Assembly (NCBI GenBank): GCA_976551045.1
Contig: CDPCPM010000370.1
Span: 1,550,001-1,614,000 of the forward strand
Direction of reading: 5' to 3'
Origin: Glaucostegus cemiculus
Lineage: Eukaryota
DNA length: 64,000 bases
In this document: in pieces, positions 49,211 through 62,789 of the stretch
How the letters are laid out: every line of letters starts with the position of its first letter
How positions within the stretch are numbered: the stretch's first letter is position 1
Notes under the pieces: generated by a model
What the model was told of the DNA's origin: nothing
The model's input: the letters and a program-made list of their open reading frames with translations, nothing else
Database searches by the model: none
Made by a program: the position numbers and the translations under genes

Positions 49211-52200
49211 AGTTTGCTCTAAGAATATCCGACAATAATTTTCATAATTTTGTGACAAAATGCTCCTTTTGAAATCATGAGGGCAAACTGGAAATTGCGA
49301 CACTGTGCAACTGAGCGCAGAAGAACAAGGGAATAGAATGTGTTTTCGATATAGATAGCATTAAAGTATTTTTGCAACATTTGATATTTCACACACTACA
49401 ATCTGATCCTGTCATTCGGATGAGTTGTCAAGAAAAAGTGAGGCAAGATCTCATTTCATTGCAAATTAATATTCACGTTGATTCCGTGTCGTTCAATAAG
49501 ACACAAATTTTACAACTGTTTCATCCTGGTGAGCCAAATTTTGCAACACATCAAATGGGAATTTTCAAACAATCGATAATTGCATGAATAATTGACGACA
49601 TTTGGAACAGCATGACTGAAATAAAACATATTTGACATCAATAAATGTCTGCCTGTCTTCATTCCAAATCAACATGATGTATTGGATTTTATTTAATTTC
49701 GATTCCTTCGTGGAATATATTTCGTCTGATCATTATTCGGGTTGCTGCTCCAAATAATCAGAGTTAAGAAAGAAAAGATCGCCCAAATTGCGCTGTGGTG
49801 CAGGACTGTTTTTTATTTTAAAAATGTTATGCCAGCTACCATAAAATGGGAAAAGCTGGAAATAAATTATCACAATGCGGTTGCTGGAAATTTGCCCCAA
49901 AATGACCATCAGACCAAGCGGTCTCAGAGAATTTGAATGGAAGCTCCGTTACATTATGACAATTAAAACATAATTAGTCTAGTGCTTCCCATTATTCACG
50001 AGAAAAGGGTGATCCTTATTTATGTACTGATAATTATTGGATGGTATTTAAAGAACCATCCGTGAAAATTGGACAATAAATTTTCATTCACACTGCTTAC
50101 CAAGATTTCATCGTGAGGATTAAAGAGAACTATGTCAATGTAATGCCGGAATGAGTTTTCATTGCTCACCATAACTGTTAGAATCAAAAAGCTACAAATG
50201 CGTCCTAATATCATGTTACTCTTTCGGAATTAAAAGGAGAGGCTTCAGTTTTGATTATCTATTTGTGTACCATGATAGAAAAGGCTGCACTCTAGCTGAA
50301 TTTAATAACAATCAACTGAAAAAAAATGTTGAATACAGTGACGATTAATTGTGTTCCCTGCTGTTTTTAAACCATTTTACTTTTATAATAATAGCTTTGT
50401 CACTCAACAGCAAATTATATGCTGCGACTACCATCGCATCACTGTGAACAAATCATTGTTTTTTTTTAATTAGCAACTATATTTTGTTGGAGAGACCCTA
50501 TTTTAATTCGTCATTTCCACAAGTGGACTGCCTTTCCTTGGCCTGGAGTGAGACTAATTTTATTGTTAAAATGCAATGACATGAAATCAACGTATCTTGT
50601 CTGCTGAATACAACACTACTTTGAAGACGACACGAACCCTCCATTGTTACACATTATTCATTCTTTTCAGTGTTCACGGAGTCGGGTAGAAATTTTATCG
50701 TGGAAGTCAGATAGTAAGGGCAAAGCATTTGCGAATTTCCTTAGCATTTCCTCAATGTTAGTTTTCAATGACTCTGGATATTCTTCAATTTGTTACTCAT
50801 GAACTTCTCAAATGGAGGAACATTTTACTTGTGAAGGACAATGAATGCCAAGACTAATATTTGAAATTCAAATCGTCATACCGATAAATGGATGCATTCA
50901 GAGATATATACATCATTTTTAAGACCCAAAATCTGCTCATTTTCATTCCAAATTATTTTGAGATCTTTTTAAAATGTGTATTAAAACAGAACATACAGTA
51001 CACTTCCAGGATGTCAGGCGGCATCTGCGGAACGAGAAACCGAGTTCAACACGAAGACCCTTCGAGGACTAGTTCTTTCAAAGGATCTTCAAGCAGAAAG
51101 TGAAATCGGTTTCTCATTCCGCACACTCTGCATGACCGATAGAGTGATTGCAGAATTGATATCAGCAGTTTTATATCAGCAATATGATCTTTAGCATCTA
51201 CATCTTTTTAATTGCTCGTTTTAAAACACATTTCTTGTTTGTCTTTCATCATTTGATCTAATCCGACGTTTCGTAAAACAGCGACAGTCGCTGTCACTCG
51301 AATGAAATGTTCAGAAACACCAACCGCAGCTACAGATCTAAAATACAAATTACCTCTCTCAGTAAACGAAACATTGATACCGCTGATGGGCTGCGTCACA
51401 AAACAGAACTATTCGAATCATTTTCACCATAATCAACTTGAATAATATCTCCATTCAAAGGCATAACACCTTTCACGCATTGAGCCAAGCATTGTAAAAT
51501 TAAACCAAAAGTAAAAAAGAAAGGAACACGGTTTGTTATTACATGGATCGTGTGTATCCGTTCGTAATTTTGTAGCACAATGGTAACATTGGTTACACTT
51601 GCTGCTTATTGGTAATTCTAGCTATATTGGTGAAAATTCTCCTAGCGTGCAAACATTGAAAATATGTTGCTTTTCATTACAAGAAAATGTCACTTATGCC
51701 ATTCAACCTTTTCTGGAGATAAAATCAACGGGCGGCAATGTGATTCCACTAGTTGACACATACATTTCAGAAAAGACGGTTGTTATGCTGTCGCCATTTA
51801 CACGATTTTATTTTGTCTTATACACTATATTATCACATAACGCCGACAGAAAAAAAGGTGTATTCTGTAGGTCAGAAAAAGCTGTTATGTAATTTGCAGG
51901 TTAACCATCGCAAACATGTTGATCAATTGAAAACTGTCAAGCTCTTGTGAGCACCCAAGACAATGATTTTCATGAGTAAATTAGCATGAAGTACAATCAA
52001 CCCCAGAGCTAATGCAGCAGCAGAACTTAGCATGAAAAGAAAACAAAACTCGGGAACTTCTCTTTTGTAGAACCATGAGTTTGCAAATCAATATCAGTGC
52101 TGAATTCCGGAGATTGCAAATCTTACAAACCAGAAAAATTTCCAAAGCTACCCGGAAAAAAAACAGAGTTAAATCCAAATTGCTACAGTTAAATAATAAG

Positions 52201-52214
52201 GACTCGTTTCTTAC

Positions 52215-52301
52215 CGTTAGTCACAGTCACCATGGTGCCTCCTCCCCAGTAGTCAAGTTCGTCACAGTGTTACGTTTCATGGGCTCCGTCACACAGTAAC
52301 T
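52215..52301 (-). CDS. IGHJ: IgH J segment (52262-52215) with 23-RSS
   Basis: ELDYWGGGTMVTVTN, GTAAG donor; AGTTACTGT-23-CACTGTG upstream. Confidence 0.95.
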
Positions 52302-52630
52302 TCATCTTTAAGGAACAGACAGAAAGCAAAATATTCTTTAAATTCTCATATTTCAAATTTAAGAGGAAGCCAGTATTGCTGTTATAAACTATGGCTGGTT
52401 GAAGGAAACATTCCAACCGACAAAAAAAAAATGCAATGATGTGGTCTATCAGACAGGTACATGAAATGTGACTTCAATATTTTTGTCTAGATAAATGATA
52501 AGTTACCACCAATTACCCATGCACTAAACCTTGTTAAAGTTGCCTGGGCATAATTATGACTTCGTTGCTTGAACAATTGGATTCACATTTTGCACTATGA
52601 CCCAGAACCACACAATCAGCATCTGAGCTT

Positions 52631-52698
52631 CTTTATTGCATGGACGGGAACGGCAGTGCCATCCAGTATGCACAGTGACACACGCCATGTCCAATACC
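52631..52698 (-). other. IgH D2 segment (52670-52659, CATACTGGATGG) with 12/12 RSS
   Basis: GGTATTGGA-12-CACTGTG [D] CACTGCC-12-GCAATAAAG. Confidence 0.88.
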
Positions 52699-52987
52699 CT
52701 ACTGAATAATGATCAAGTCGAATCCCATCTCGCCCTGAGAATCATCATTTTGGCAGCGCTGACAGGGTGCACGGCTGGGATTTATCACCATGTACTGCTC
52801 ACTGCCACAGATTAAACAAACTATCGTCCGTCCGTCGCACATGTGAATTTGGCTGTAACAGCATCGACGACCGTTACATTTTTTGATGGTCTCATTTATT
52901 TCAGAGTGTTCCTTTATATTTAAAGCTCTTGCTCTCAGCATCTCCTGCCCTCCTGATAAGTTCAAAGAAGGGAAAATTAGTTGCCTG

Positions 52988-53067
52988 GGTTTTTGTACGG
53001 GAATCTGGCTGTTTGCAGCTCCGTGGCCCACTGTAGTAGCACAGTGAAGCGTATCGGAACAAAAACT
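52988..53067 (-). other. IgH D1 segment (53039-53026, CTACTACAGTGGGC) with 12/22 RSS
   Basis: AGTTTTTGT-12-CACTGTG [D] CACGGAG-22-ACAAAAACC. Confidence 0.93.
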
Positions 53068-53394
53068 ATACCGTCTGGTCAGGATCAGGGTTTGCTCAAA
53101 ACAAACACCATGCGGGTTTATAAATTCTCCAAAGATTCACAAATATCACTAATGATAAACGCAACTGTAATCTTCTCCCTGTATGCACCGCTTGCATTGA
53201 CCCGATCATATTATCCCATTCTGCCATTGTAATCAATGTTGATGTTACAGAGGAAATAAGGGCAAAATATCATATCAGTGTGGTAAGATATTGAATGGTT
53301 GTTAGTGCTCCCTTTTCAGGCAGTCATTGATGCCTTTAAAAGAATCATACTCAGCGTTAATTTATGATGGAAAATGATGGTATGACAATCATGC

Positions 53395-53736
53395 TGTTCT
53401 TCTACGGTCCAACCATGGATCCGCTCACCGTGTCTCTCGCACAATAATAGACGGCGGTGTCTTGCGTCCTCAGGTCCCTCACGTCCACGGAGAAAATGTT
53501 CTTTGAAGTGTCTTTAGACGGAATAAATCTGTTCCGAATCCCCGGGGCGTAGTACTGGTTCGAGGAATCATAGTATGCAAGCAGCCACTCCAGCCCCTTC
53601 CCGGGGACCTGTCGAACCAAGCTCATCCAGTTGCTGCTGAGAGAGAACCCGCTGGTTTTACAAGTCAGTATCAGAGAACCTCCAATTCTGGAGGTCTCTG
53701 CCTCCGGTTGAGTCAAAGTGACATCAGAATGGACAC
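53395..53736 (-). CDS. IGHV: IgM VH exon (53736-53433) with 22-RSS
   Basis: [53 protein letters not shown]...[15 protein letters not shown]...DTAVYYCAR; RSS CACGGTG-22-AGAAGAACA. Confidence 0.96.
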
Positions 53737-53878
53737 CTGTAAGTTTAATCGAAAAAAAGAGTATTAATCTTGGCTCAATGACTACTGCCTGTCTTATTTC
53801 TGAGAAAAATTACTGAGAGGAACAGAGGGCGACAAGGAAATAAGTGTCGTTCCGTAATTTATCCAAAGAATTACTCAC

Positions 53879-53924
53879 TGGAGAAGAACAACAAAAACAG
53901 GCTGAGTAAAGTCGCCGACCACAT
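53879..53924 (-). CDS. IGHV: IgM VH leader exon
   Basis: MWSATLLSLFLLFFS, 46 nt, GTGAGT donor. Confidence 0.93.
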
Positions 53925-54016
53925 CGCGTTGGGAAATATGACGAGATTGATTCTGCGCAGAACCTTGCAACAGACCAGTTGCAGGGACCTTGGATTGTGG
54001 AGCATGTGAGAGATAG

Positions 54017-54095
54017 TTAAATACCAGTCATAAAGGGGCGGGGTTGTGGGTGGCGCCTGATGCTGAAGAGGGGCGGCTGCCGTAGCAAATCCGCG
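54017..54095 (-). promoter_or_regulatory. Putative VH promoter
   Basis: TATA-like TATTTAA about 95 nt upstream of the ATG, with GC boxes (GGGGCGGG) just upstream; no perfect octamer. Confidence 0.45.
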
Positions 54096-55128
54096 CCTCC
54101 CACATAACTAACAGGATTGAATCATACCTTGAACCTTGTTTACAACTCCAGATTAACTTTGCATCACTTCAGTTAACATTAGCAGGTACCTACCACGCGA
54201 TTTACGGGGTATCACTCTGATCTTTTAATCCAGCAGTAGACAAATGTCACCCAATGTCAATACAATAAGATTTCTGGAACAGATCACGGTCATTTCCTTG
54301 TTACCATCAGCAAATAAATAAATCCAATTATGTTGTCTTGTGAATTGAATTTAAATTAGACGCTGGTGACCACGTTGACAGGTTGAACTATCTTTCACGC
54401 AAACAGTTAGAAGCGATTGGCAGAGATTGTGGATGAAATCTATTCCGAGTTAATTAAACTTGATGACCCGCGCTAATTTTCGCTATCAATTTATCTCCCA
54501 TTTTCGTGGCTTTGAGAGAGTCCTTAATTCTGCAAATCCGTCGCACCGGGCCGGGTGAACGCTCTAAGCTATTTGATATCATAATTAATACGATAACATA
54601 TGGATTGCTTTAAAGGTGCTGTTCCTGTTAAGAAACGACGCGTTTGGAAAAACACAAGTTCGTTTAAATTAGTACAGACGACAGACTGCTTATTCTATAT
54701 TGATATACCATTGAATAAATCCGACTGATTAAATAGTTAATTGTCAAAGGACCCATTTCAATAGTGTCAAACCATCTCACATAAAAATTGGCTACGTCCA
54801 TGACTGGTGTGGTCTCTTCTCGAGAAACTAACTCTTGCAGGAAACATATGGACTTCGGCTCTCAAAATGAGAACAGCATTCTGGCTGCTAACTCCCAAGA
54901 TGGACAGATTAAACTGTCAATGAGATCAGCCGCGTCCAAGTTAAAGCAAATCCACAAAACAGCACTTCTGTTTTTTTTATCACTATTCAGATGTGAAAAA
55001 CGACATCGAAATCCCAGGATAATGAACCGAACAAGGGTCAGGAACACAGGGAGTAAAGGCAATAACTGTAGAATATGTCCAGCAGAGCAGAGACACAGGT
55101 GGACACAGGCAGAGAGCATCAGGAAGAG

Positions 55129-55130
<2 letters not shown>

Positions 55131-55191
<61 letters not shown>

Positions 55192-55579
55192 GAGGAGGGA
55201 GCTAGATAGACACAATGGTAGATAGAAAGACAGAAAGTTAGATAGACAGATTTGCTAGATAGATAGCAGAGAGATAGAACGACAGACAGATAGTTAGACA
55301 GATAAATACATACATGCATACACACATACATACATCGATACACACACAGGTAGATACATAGTTATGTATCTATCTATATCGATACCTAGACAGACAGAGA
55401 CAGATAGATGGATCGATGGACAGAAAGACAGACAGAGAGACAGATAAACAGATGAATAGATAGATAGATATTGAGGGAGGGAGCGAGATAGAGAGGAAGA
55501 GCGAGACACAGAGTTTGTAGTCGGAGGAGAGAATGTTTTTTTGGTCGAGTATGAGGAAAAAAACGACATATTTAGAAAT

Positions 55580-55630
<51 letters not shown>
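55131..55630. repeat. (GA)n and (GATA/GACA)n-rich microsatellite block
   Basis: Directly visible. Confidence 0.95.
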
Positions 55631-55632
<2 letters not shown>

Positions 55633-56399
55633 CTGTTAGGTGGATGGACAGGTTGAGCCAGACACACTCATTGACAGGAGGACGGAGATACAGGCATTAA
55701 ATGTGTTTTCCAAGTTTGAATTTTGTAATTTGGGCACTCGTGTTTATCACTATGCCATCCCCTTCAAACTCCCAGCCTTCATCTGCCATGACAATAATCA
55801 GTTTTGGTTGTTCCATTTTTACTGTGAGGGCTCCTCAGTGAAATGTCTGTAGTGGTGCAGGAAAGAGCAGCCGTCGAAATGAAACACAAAATAAACACAA
55901 GCACATTGTTACGAAGACATTCATGCCTCGGACGGAGATAATTCAATGGCATGGTGCAGGATTGAGGGACTTCAGATCTGGGATTCACTGGAAAATCTCA
56001 TTGTGTCACCCAACAGTTGAGGAGATGAAAGTGGGTTTTAAAGTTCAGCATTCGGAATGTTCCCAGCATCGTTGATTGTCAGATGACTTTCCCCCTTCAG
56101 ATACTTGCTCAGATGAAGAAAAAAACATGCAGTTATTTCCAAAGATAATGAAAGACAATGAGGATATTTGAGGTCGCGTGCTGTGCAATATTTGGGTTGA
56201 ACTGGGTGAGAGTAAGATGTTACAGAAATATTCATACAGATAATTTGGAGAAGGAATAAATGGTCGTCTGTATGGAAAACACAAAAGAGAGGGAATTCCT
56301 CAAATAGCTGGAAAGAATGCAAGATGAGAGTCATGTATGTTTGTTGTAGTGGAGTTGTCGTTTGTGCCATTAATGTGTCCCCACTGAATAATGTTGATA

Positions 56400-57530
56400 T
56401 TGGTTTTTGTATTGGGACAGTAATGTCACTTGAACTGAGGTACAGTGAAAAATGTGTATTGCATACCGATCGCATTACACAGTGGTTACCTTCAGATAGT
56501 CTAGAGTGCATTGATGTAGTACAAATATAAATAATAACAGTACAGAGTAAAGTGTGACCGCTACAGAGATAGTACAGTGCATTAAGGTGCAATGTCACCA
56601 CAAGTTGGATCGTGAAGTCATAGATCAGCTCATTGTAAAAGGGAACCGTTCAATCGTTTTATCACCGTGGTTGTACAAGCTGTCCTGAAGTCTGGTGGTA
56701 CGTGCCCTCGGGCACTTGTATCTTCCTCCTTATGGAAAAGGAGAGAAGAGAAAATATCCTGGGTGTGTGGGGTCTTTGATTATGCGGGCTGATTTGAAAA
56801 GACAAAGAGAGGTAAAGATAGATTCCAAGGAGGAGAGGCTGGTGTCCGTGATGCACTGGGCTGCGTCGACAACTCTCCGAAGTTTCTTGCGGTCCTGGGC
56901 AGAGCAGTTCCTATACCAAGCCGTGATCTATCCAGTTCGGATACTTCCGATACTGCAGCGGTAAAAGTTGGTGAGAGTCAAAGGGGACAAACGAAACTTC
57001 TTTAGCCTGCTGAGGAATTAGAGGCTGGTGAGCTTTCTTGCCCGTGGCATGGACGTGATTTTACCAGGACATGCTGTTTTTGATATGAATTTCCAAGATG
57101 TTGATGCACTCGACCCTATTGCCCTCGGCACCATTGATGTAGACAGGTGCATGTATACAGCCCCCTTTCCTGAAAATAATGACCAGCTCTTTTGTTTTGT
57201 TGACATTGAGGGAAAGGTTGTTGCCATGACACCATTCCACGCAACTCCCTAGCTCCTTCCTGAACCCGTCTCATCGGTCTAGAGATAGGGCCTGCAAACT
57301 TTCAGATGGAGTTAGAGAAGAGTCTAGCCACGCCGTTACGAGTGTCGAGGGAGTTGAGTAGAGGACTGAGGTCGCAGCCTCGTGGGGCACCAGTATTGAG
57401 AAAAATCCTGCCGGAGTACTGATTCCTATCCTCAAGAATTGTGGTCTGTTCATTAGAAAGTCAAGGATGCAGTTACAGAGGGAGGTGTTGAGACCAAGGC
57501 CTTGGAGTTTGGTAACTATCTTGCTTGGGA
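56400..57530 (-). mobile_element. Rex1/Babar-like LINE 3' remnant
   Basis: Minus strand encodes degenerate LNTGAP.GC.LSPLL and NNLSLNVNKTKELVIIFRK. Confidence 0.7.
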
Positions 57531-58297
57531 AATGATGTTAATGTAAAGTACGGAACATAAAACATTCTCTTGTTGAACTCAACATTTTTGGGAAAGATTG
57601 ACTAAAATGAACATGGAGGCTATTTTTTTATTATTTGTCTTGTAAAGAAGAGATCTATAGACATGAAAAATGATACTGATGAAGCTGGCATTTGAGTGAT
57701 TTGCATTTCCGTCTCGTTTATTTCTGTTCTGTTCTGTTGGGGGAAGTTTAATTCTGCTTTTATCCCTTGGTGCTCGTTTCTGGGACTGGTGCTGGTAAAT
57801 TTAGGGTTTATTTAAATCGGCTCATCACTGTTTTCTATCTATTTTTATGAGAACAAAAACAGGCGAATGAAGGGACATCAATTAGTCTCAAGTAGGGAGA
57901 GGTTTTCTTTCAAATTTATTGACATCTAGTGCAAAATGAACTACATTCTCTGGAAGATCAAGTTTTGTTGTATTGTTGTTCAATTAAAAGTGTTCTGCTT
58001 TATCCGCAAAAGATAAAACATTGAATAAACGAATCACTTGCGATTGTTCTGCAGTTAAAATCGATGGGACATTTCTGAAGGTTCCAAAATGAATGTCCAC
58101 TTGCAAGATAGTTTAACTGATGTGCAAACAATGAGGATGCACATGACTACAGGAGAGGCCACGTCCCTTAGATAGCTCTTGGACATGTTTTTCCCGGATG
58201 GTCCTTCTTCTCGTTGACTTACATTTGATACTGACTCCGATGAACGTAATTTAATTAATCCTTTCTGTGTCCGTGCCGCATGACACTTCTCCCTCCC

Positions 58298-58335
<38 letters not shown>

Positions 58336-58989
58336 TCTGTTTATCACTCTTTCTCACACACACAACTGCACTGAATAACTTTCTATCCATATTGAGGAGA
58401 CATTAACGGTTAAATAAGGACTGAACACTGCCTGCTCGACAGTGCATATTGGTCCATAGCAATATATTAGGTCTCGTCTCTCCAGTGATATGACTGCATC
58501 GTTTCGGGTTCTGTTGCACAAGAGAGTTTGTTACAGCGCATGTGGCCTACTCTATGTTTATATTGGATCGGACTCTGCTTCTGATGATGTTACATTCTGC
58601 TCTGTAATGGTCCATATAGCAGGACCACGTGAGAACCGTTAAGGAATGTTTAACATTATTTGGGAGGGGAGTTAGACTCAGCAAAGAGGTACTGTGTGTC
58701 TGTCAGTGTCTGTGCGTGTGTGTGTTTTGGATTGAGAGATTTCAATGAAATACAGCATGAAAACTAAGACAGTTCACTTTGTGGAATTGGCATGGACATG
58801 AGAGGGAATATTGGAGAAATGCATGGCGAATCTTCAGTTAATTTTGTGCAAAGGAGCTTGACTAGTTAAGCAGATGAACTTGGAAATTGCCCAGCACCCA
58901 CCTAGAAATATGATGTATCTGCTTTCACAGAGATAATATGGAAATAACGAAAGAATTAGAAGTCAGTGTTTTCGGATTCGAACGCTCTG

Positions 58990-61900
58990 CTCTGCGTTCT
59001 ATCCATATCCTTTTGTAATCTACAGCAAACTCATGCACTATCAACAACACCACCACCTGTTGTATCATCAGCAAACTTACTCACCCAGCCTTCCACATCC
59101 CCATCCAAGTCATTCATAAAAATAATAAAAGTCAGGGGTCCCAGAACAGATCACTGAGGTACACCAGTGATCACTGACCACCAGGCAGAATACGCTCCAT
59201 CTGCCATCACCCTCTGTCTTCTATGAGCGAGACAATTCTGAATCCCCACAGACAATTTTCCCTGTTCTCCGTGCCTCCGGGCATTCTGAAAAGCCTTCCA
59301 TGACCAACCTTATAAAAATCACTTATTAAAACCCATGTACGCCACATCTACTACTCCACATTCAACAATGTGCTTTGCCACATCCTCAAAGAATACAATC
59401 AGGTTCGTGAGGCAGGAGCTGCCCCTCACAAAGACATGCTGACCGTCCCGAATTAGCCGATGTTTCTCTAAATGCCCATAAATCCTGTCTCCAAGCAACT
59501 TTTCCAGTAATTTGCCCACCACTGAAGTAAAGCACACTTCTCTGTAGTTCCCAGTGTTTTCCTTACTTCCTTTCTTCAACAAAGGAACAAATTTCGAAAC
59601 AACATTTGCCACCCCACCCCCAATCATCTGGCACTATCTGTGGCCAGTGAGGACGCAAAGATCGTCGCCAAATGCGCAGCAAACTTTCCCTAGCTTCACG
59701 TAATAACCTCGGATTTTTCTCGTCCGACCCCGGTGAGTTATCCATTCTAATGTTCTTTAAAATTCAAATAAGTAGGCTCATGTTTCTTCTTTTATCTATA
59801 TTCGGTCCTACCCTCACTCTAGTTATCCTGCTATTCATCACGTCCATGGAGAACTCCTTGGGGTTTCATTGATCCCACTCGCCAAGGACTCTCATGCCCC
59901 CTTCGTGCTTGATCAAGTCCATACTTACGCTCCCTCCTCCCTACCATGTACTCCCCAGAGTACTGTCTGATCCATGATTTCTCAACCACAGGTAAGCTTC
60001 TTTCTCCTCTTTCCAAGATATTCTACATCTCATGTCAACCACAGTTCCTTCACTCTACCATACGTATCTAGCCACAATGGGACAAACCTATCCATCCCCA
60101 TGCAAGTATTCCTCAAACAACTGCTACATTTCCGCTGTGAACCTCTCCAAGAACATCAGTTCCCAATTTACGTTTCAAAGTTCCTGCCTGATAGCATCAG
60201 AATTCCCACTCCCCCAGATAACTATTTTCCCATATCGTCTGCTCCTGTCCCTCTCCAAGGCTATGGTAGAGATCAAAGAGCTATGGTCACTATCTCCAAA
60301 ATGTTCTCCCACCGAGAGATCCGAAAGCTGATGAGGGTCATGGACTAATGGCGGGTCAGGTAAGGCCTCAGCTCTTGTCGGCCTGTCCGCATACTGTGTC
60401 AGGAATTCTTCCTGTACACACCGTCCCATCCATCCCCTTTACACTGAGGAGGTGCCAATCAATATTCGGAAAGTTGAAATCACCCATGACAACAAACCTG
60501 TTATTTTTGCATCTCCAAAATCTGCCTCCAATTCTGTTCCTCAGCATTTCTGCTGCTATTGGCGCATCTGTAGAAGAAGCTCAATGGAGTGATCCCTCCC
60601 TTTCATCTTCTGACTTACGCACACACCGACTCAGAGGACGATTACTCCAGGACATCGTCCCTTTCTGCAGCTGTGACATTGTCCTTGATCAGCAAAGCCA
60701 ATCCCGCACCTTTATTTCCTCCGCCCCTGTCCTTTCTGAAACGTATCAACAGCGGAACATCCAGCAGCCATTCCAGCCCATGCAACAGCCAATTCCCTGT
60801 AATGGCCACCACATCATATTTCCACGTACTTACACACTCTCCAAGTTCATTAGCATTGTTCAGGTCTCGCATTCAACTTGACACACCACAGCCTATCCAA
60901 CTGATTGCAATGTTGCCCTTTCAACTGCCTATTTTTTCCTCGTAGTCTTTTTACGCTCTGCATCTATTTGTACATTAAAAGAACCAAGTTCTGACCTATC
61001 GCTATGTTTCCCATCCCCCTGCCAGACTAGTTCAATCCCATCCAAAAAGGTTCCGACAAACCTGTCCTGCAATAATATCGACCCCACCCCCCTCCAGTTC
61101 AGGTGTAACCGGTCAGTTTTGTACAGGTCATAACTTCCCCGGATGATATCCGAATGATCGACAAAATGAAATCCTGCCCCCTGCACCAATTTTGCAGCCG
61201 CACATCCATCTGCACAATCATCCTATTTTATTCTCACTGCCACGTGGCACAGGCATCAATCCAGAGATTACTACCCTTGAGGTCGTGCTTTTCAGCTTCC
61301 GATATAACTCCCTATATTCTCTCTTCCGGACCATCTCTTTTCCTACCTATGCCATTGGTACCAATACGTACCACGACATTGGCTGTTCACCTTCCCCTAT
61401 CGGAATGCCATGGACCGGAACCGAGACGTCCCTGACCCTGTCACCAGGGAGGCAACAAGCCATCTGGTAGTCTCTTTCACGACCGTAAATGTCCTGCCTG
61501 CCCGCCTTATTATGGAATCTCCTTGACGACCGCTCTCCCCTCCCTTCTGTACCACATGCCCAGACTCAGTGCAAGAGACCTGGTCACTGCGGATTTCCTC
61601 TGGTAAGCCGCCCCCCAAACAGTAACCAAAGTGGTATTCATTTTATTGATGCGAACAGGCACAGGGGTAATCTGCTCTTTACGCCTATTTTCCGTCCTCC
61701 TCCTGACAGTCACCCAGCTACATGCTTTCTGTAGCTCCGGAGAGAGTGCCGTCCGATAGCACTGTGTGTGTACTTCTCAGTATCTCTTTGGGAGCCGAAG
61801 GTTATACAACTGCACTTCAGTTCCCGAACACGGTCTGGAAGGAGGTGCAGCTGGACGCAGCACGACCAGATGTAGTTAACAAGAAGACTGGATGTCTCCC

Positions 61901-62110
61901 AGAAGTCCCACATCTCACAAGCTGAAAACACCACCGATCCTGGAGCCATTCGCATTACTCTGCACTGCAGGGAACACCAAATCGATGACTAAAAGGAACT
62001 TACCAGACCATTCCCTTCGCTTCTTCTCCCCGAAGCCTCGAGAACCAAAGGCTCAGCTCCCCACACCATCACTGGCTACGCACACAAAATGACCGCTCCC
62101 AAAATGGCCG
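58990..62110 (-). mobile_element. Decayed CR1 LINE (ORF1 and ORF2 fragments)
   Basis: CEMWDF, GDSII, DRLHLNWRG, YDVVAIT..WL, GEHFGDSDH, NSPGSD, GNYR..FTSVVGKLLE...QHVFVRGSSCLTNL. Confidence 0.88.
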
Positions 62111-62789
62111 CTGATTATACTTGCCTTACCTTTATTCCTGCTGTGTAGAAGCCAATCAGCAGGTAACAATTTGCAAATGTGCCTCGTTTAGACTCTTGCA
62201 AGGTGGCAGTCACCAGATTAAGCACAGATACTCACCGCTTTCCAAACGTCCTGCGGAAAATCGCTCTCCAACTCTCGACTCCACAAGTGAAATTCAGTAG
62301 ATGTAGTGGAAGATTTTTTTTTTTCAAATCAGGCCGGAATGGTCGAGCTGTGCAGCAAAACGAGCGCGAACGCTTCACAAGACGTCAAGTATAGGCCTTC
62401 TTCTCGTCTGCTGGAGACAGAGGAGAGGATCCGTTATCAAATCACAGAAAGATGTGGCAGTTACAGGGTTACTCCAGCAGGGTTTTTAATTGCCCAATTA
62501 TAACCGGGATCATGTTGGTGTGAGAGGCCTCAGGTGGAAGGAATTTTTGGAGAGTGTTTCAGGAGATCTTCTTGAACTGGAACACAGTTAGCCCGAACAG
62601 AGCAGAAGCAGTATCCGAATTAATTCAAGGGAAAACAGCCAGTAAAATGATAAGCGGTCACTGCAAGTATACTTTCGAGCCAGTGAGCATAACTCCTTCA
62701 ATTTAAATGCAATTGTCTGTATTGATAAGCATGATCCAGGGAGTAATGTCCTAACTTGGCAGAAGGTCGATGAAAATATCGTGAATTGG

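Noticed and set aside
47026-52214. Switch region or intronic enhancer in the J-Cmu intron
   Set aside because: No tandem G-rich/AGCT repeats and no convincing octamer/E-box cluster seen; absence of S regions is expected in cartilaginous fish.
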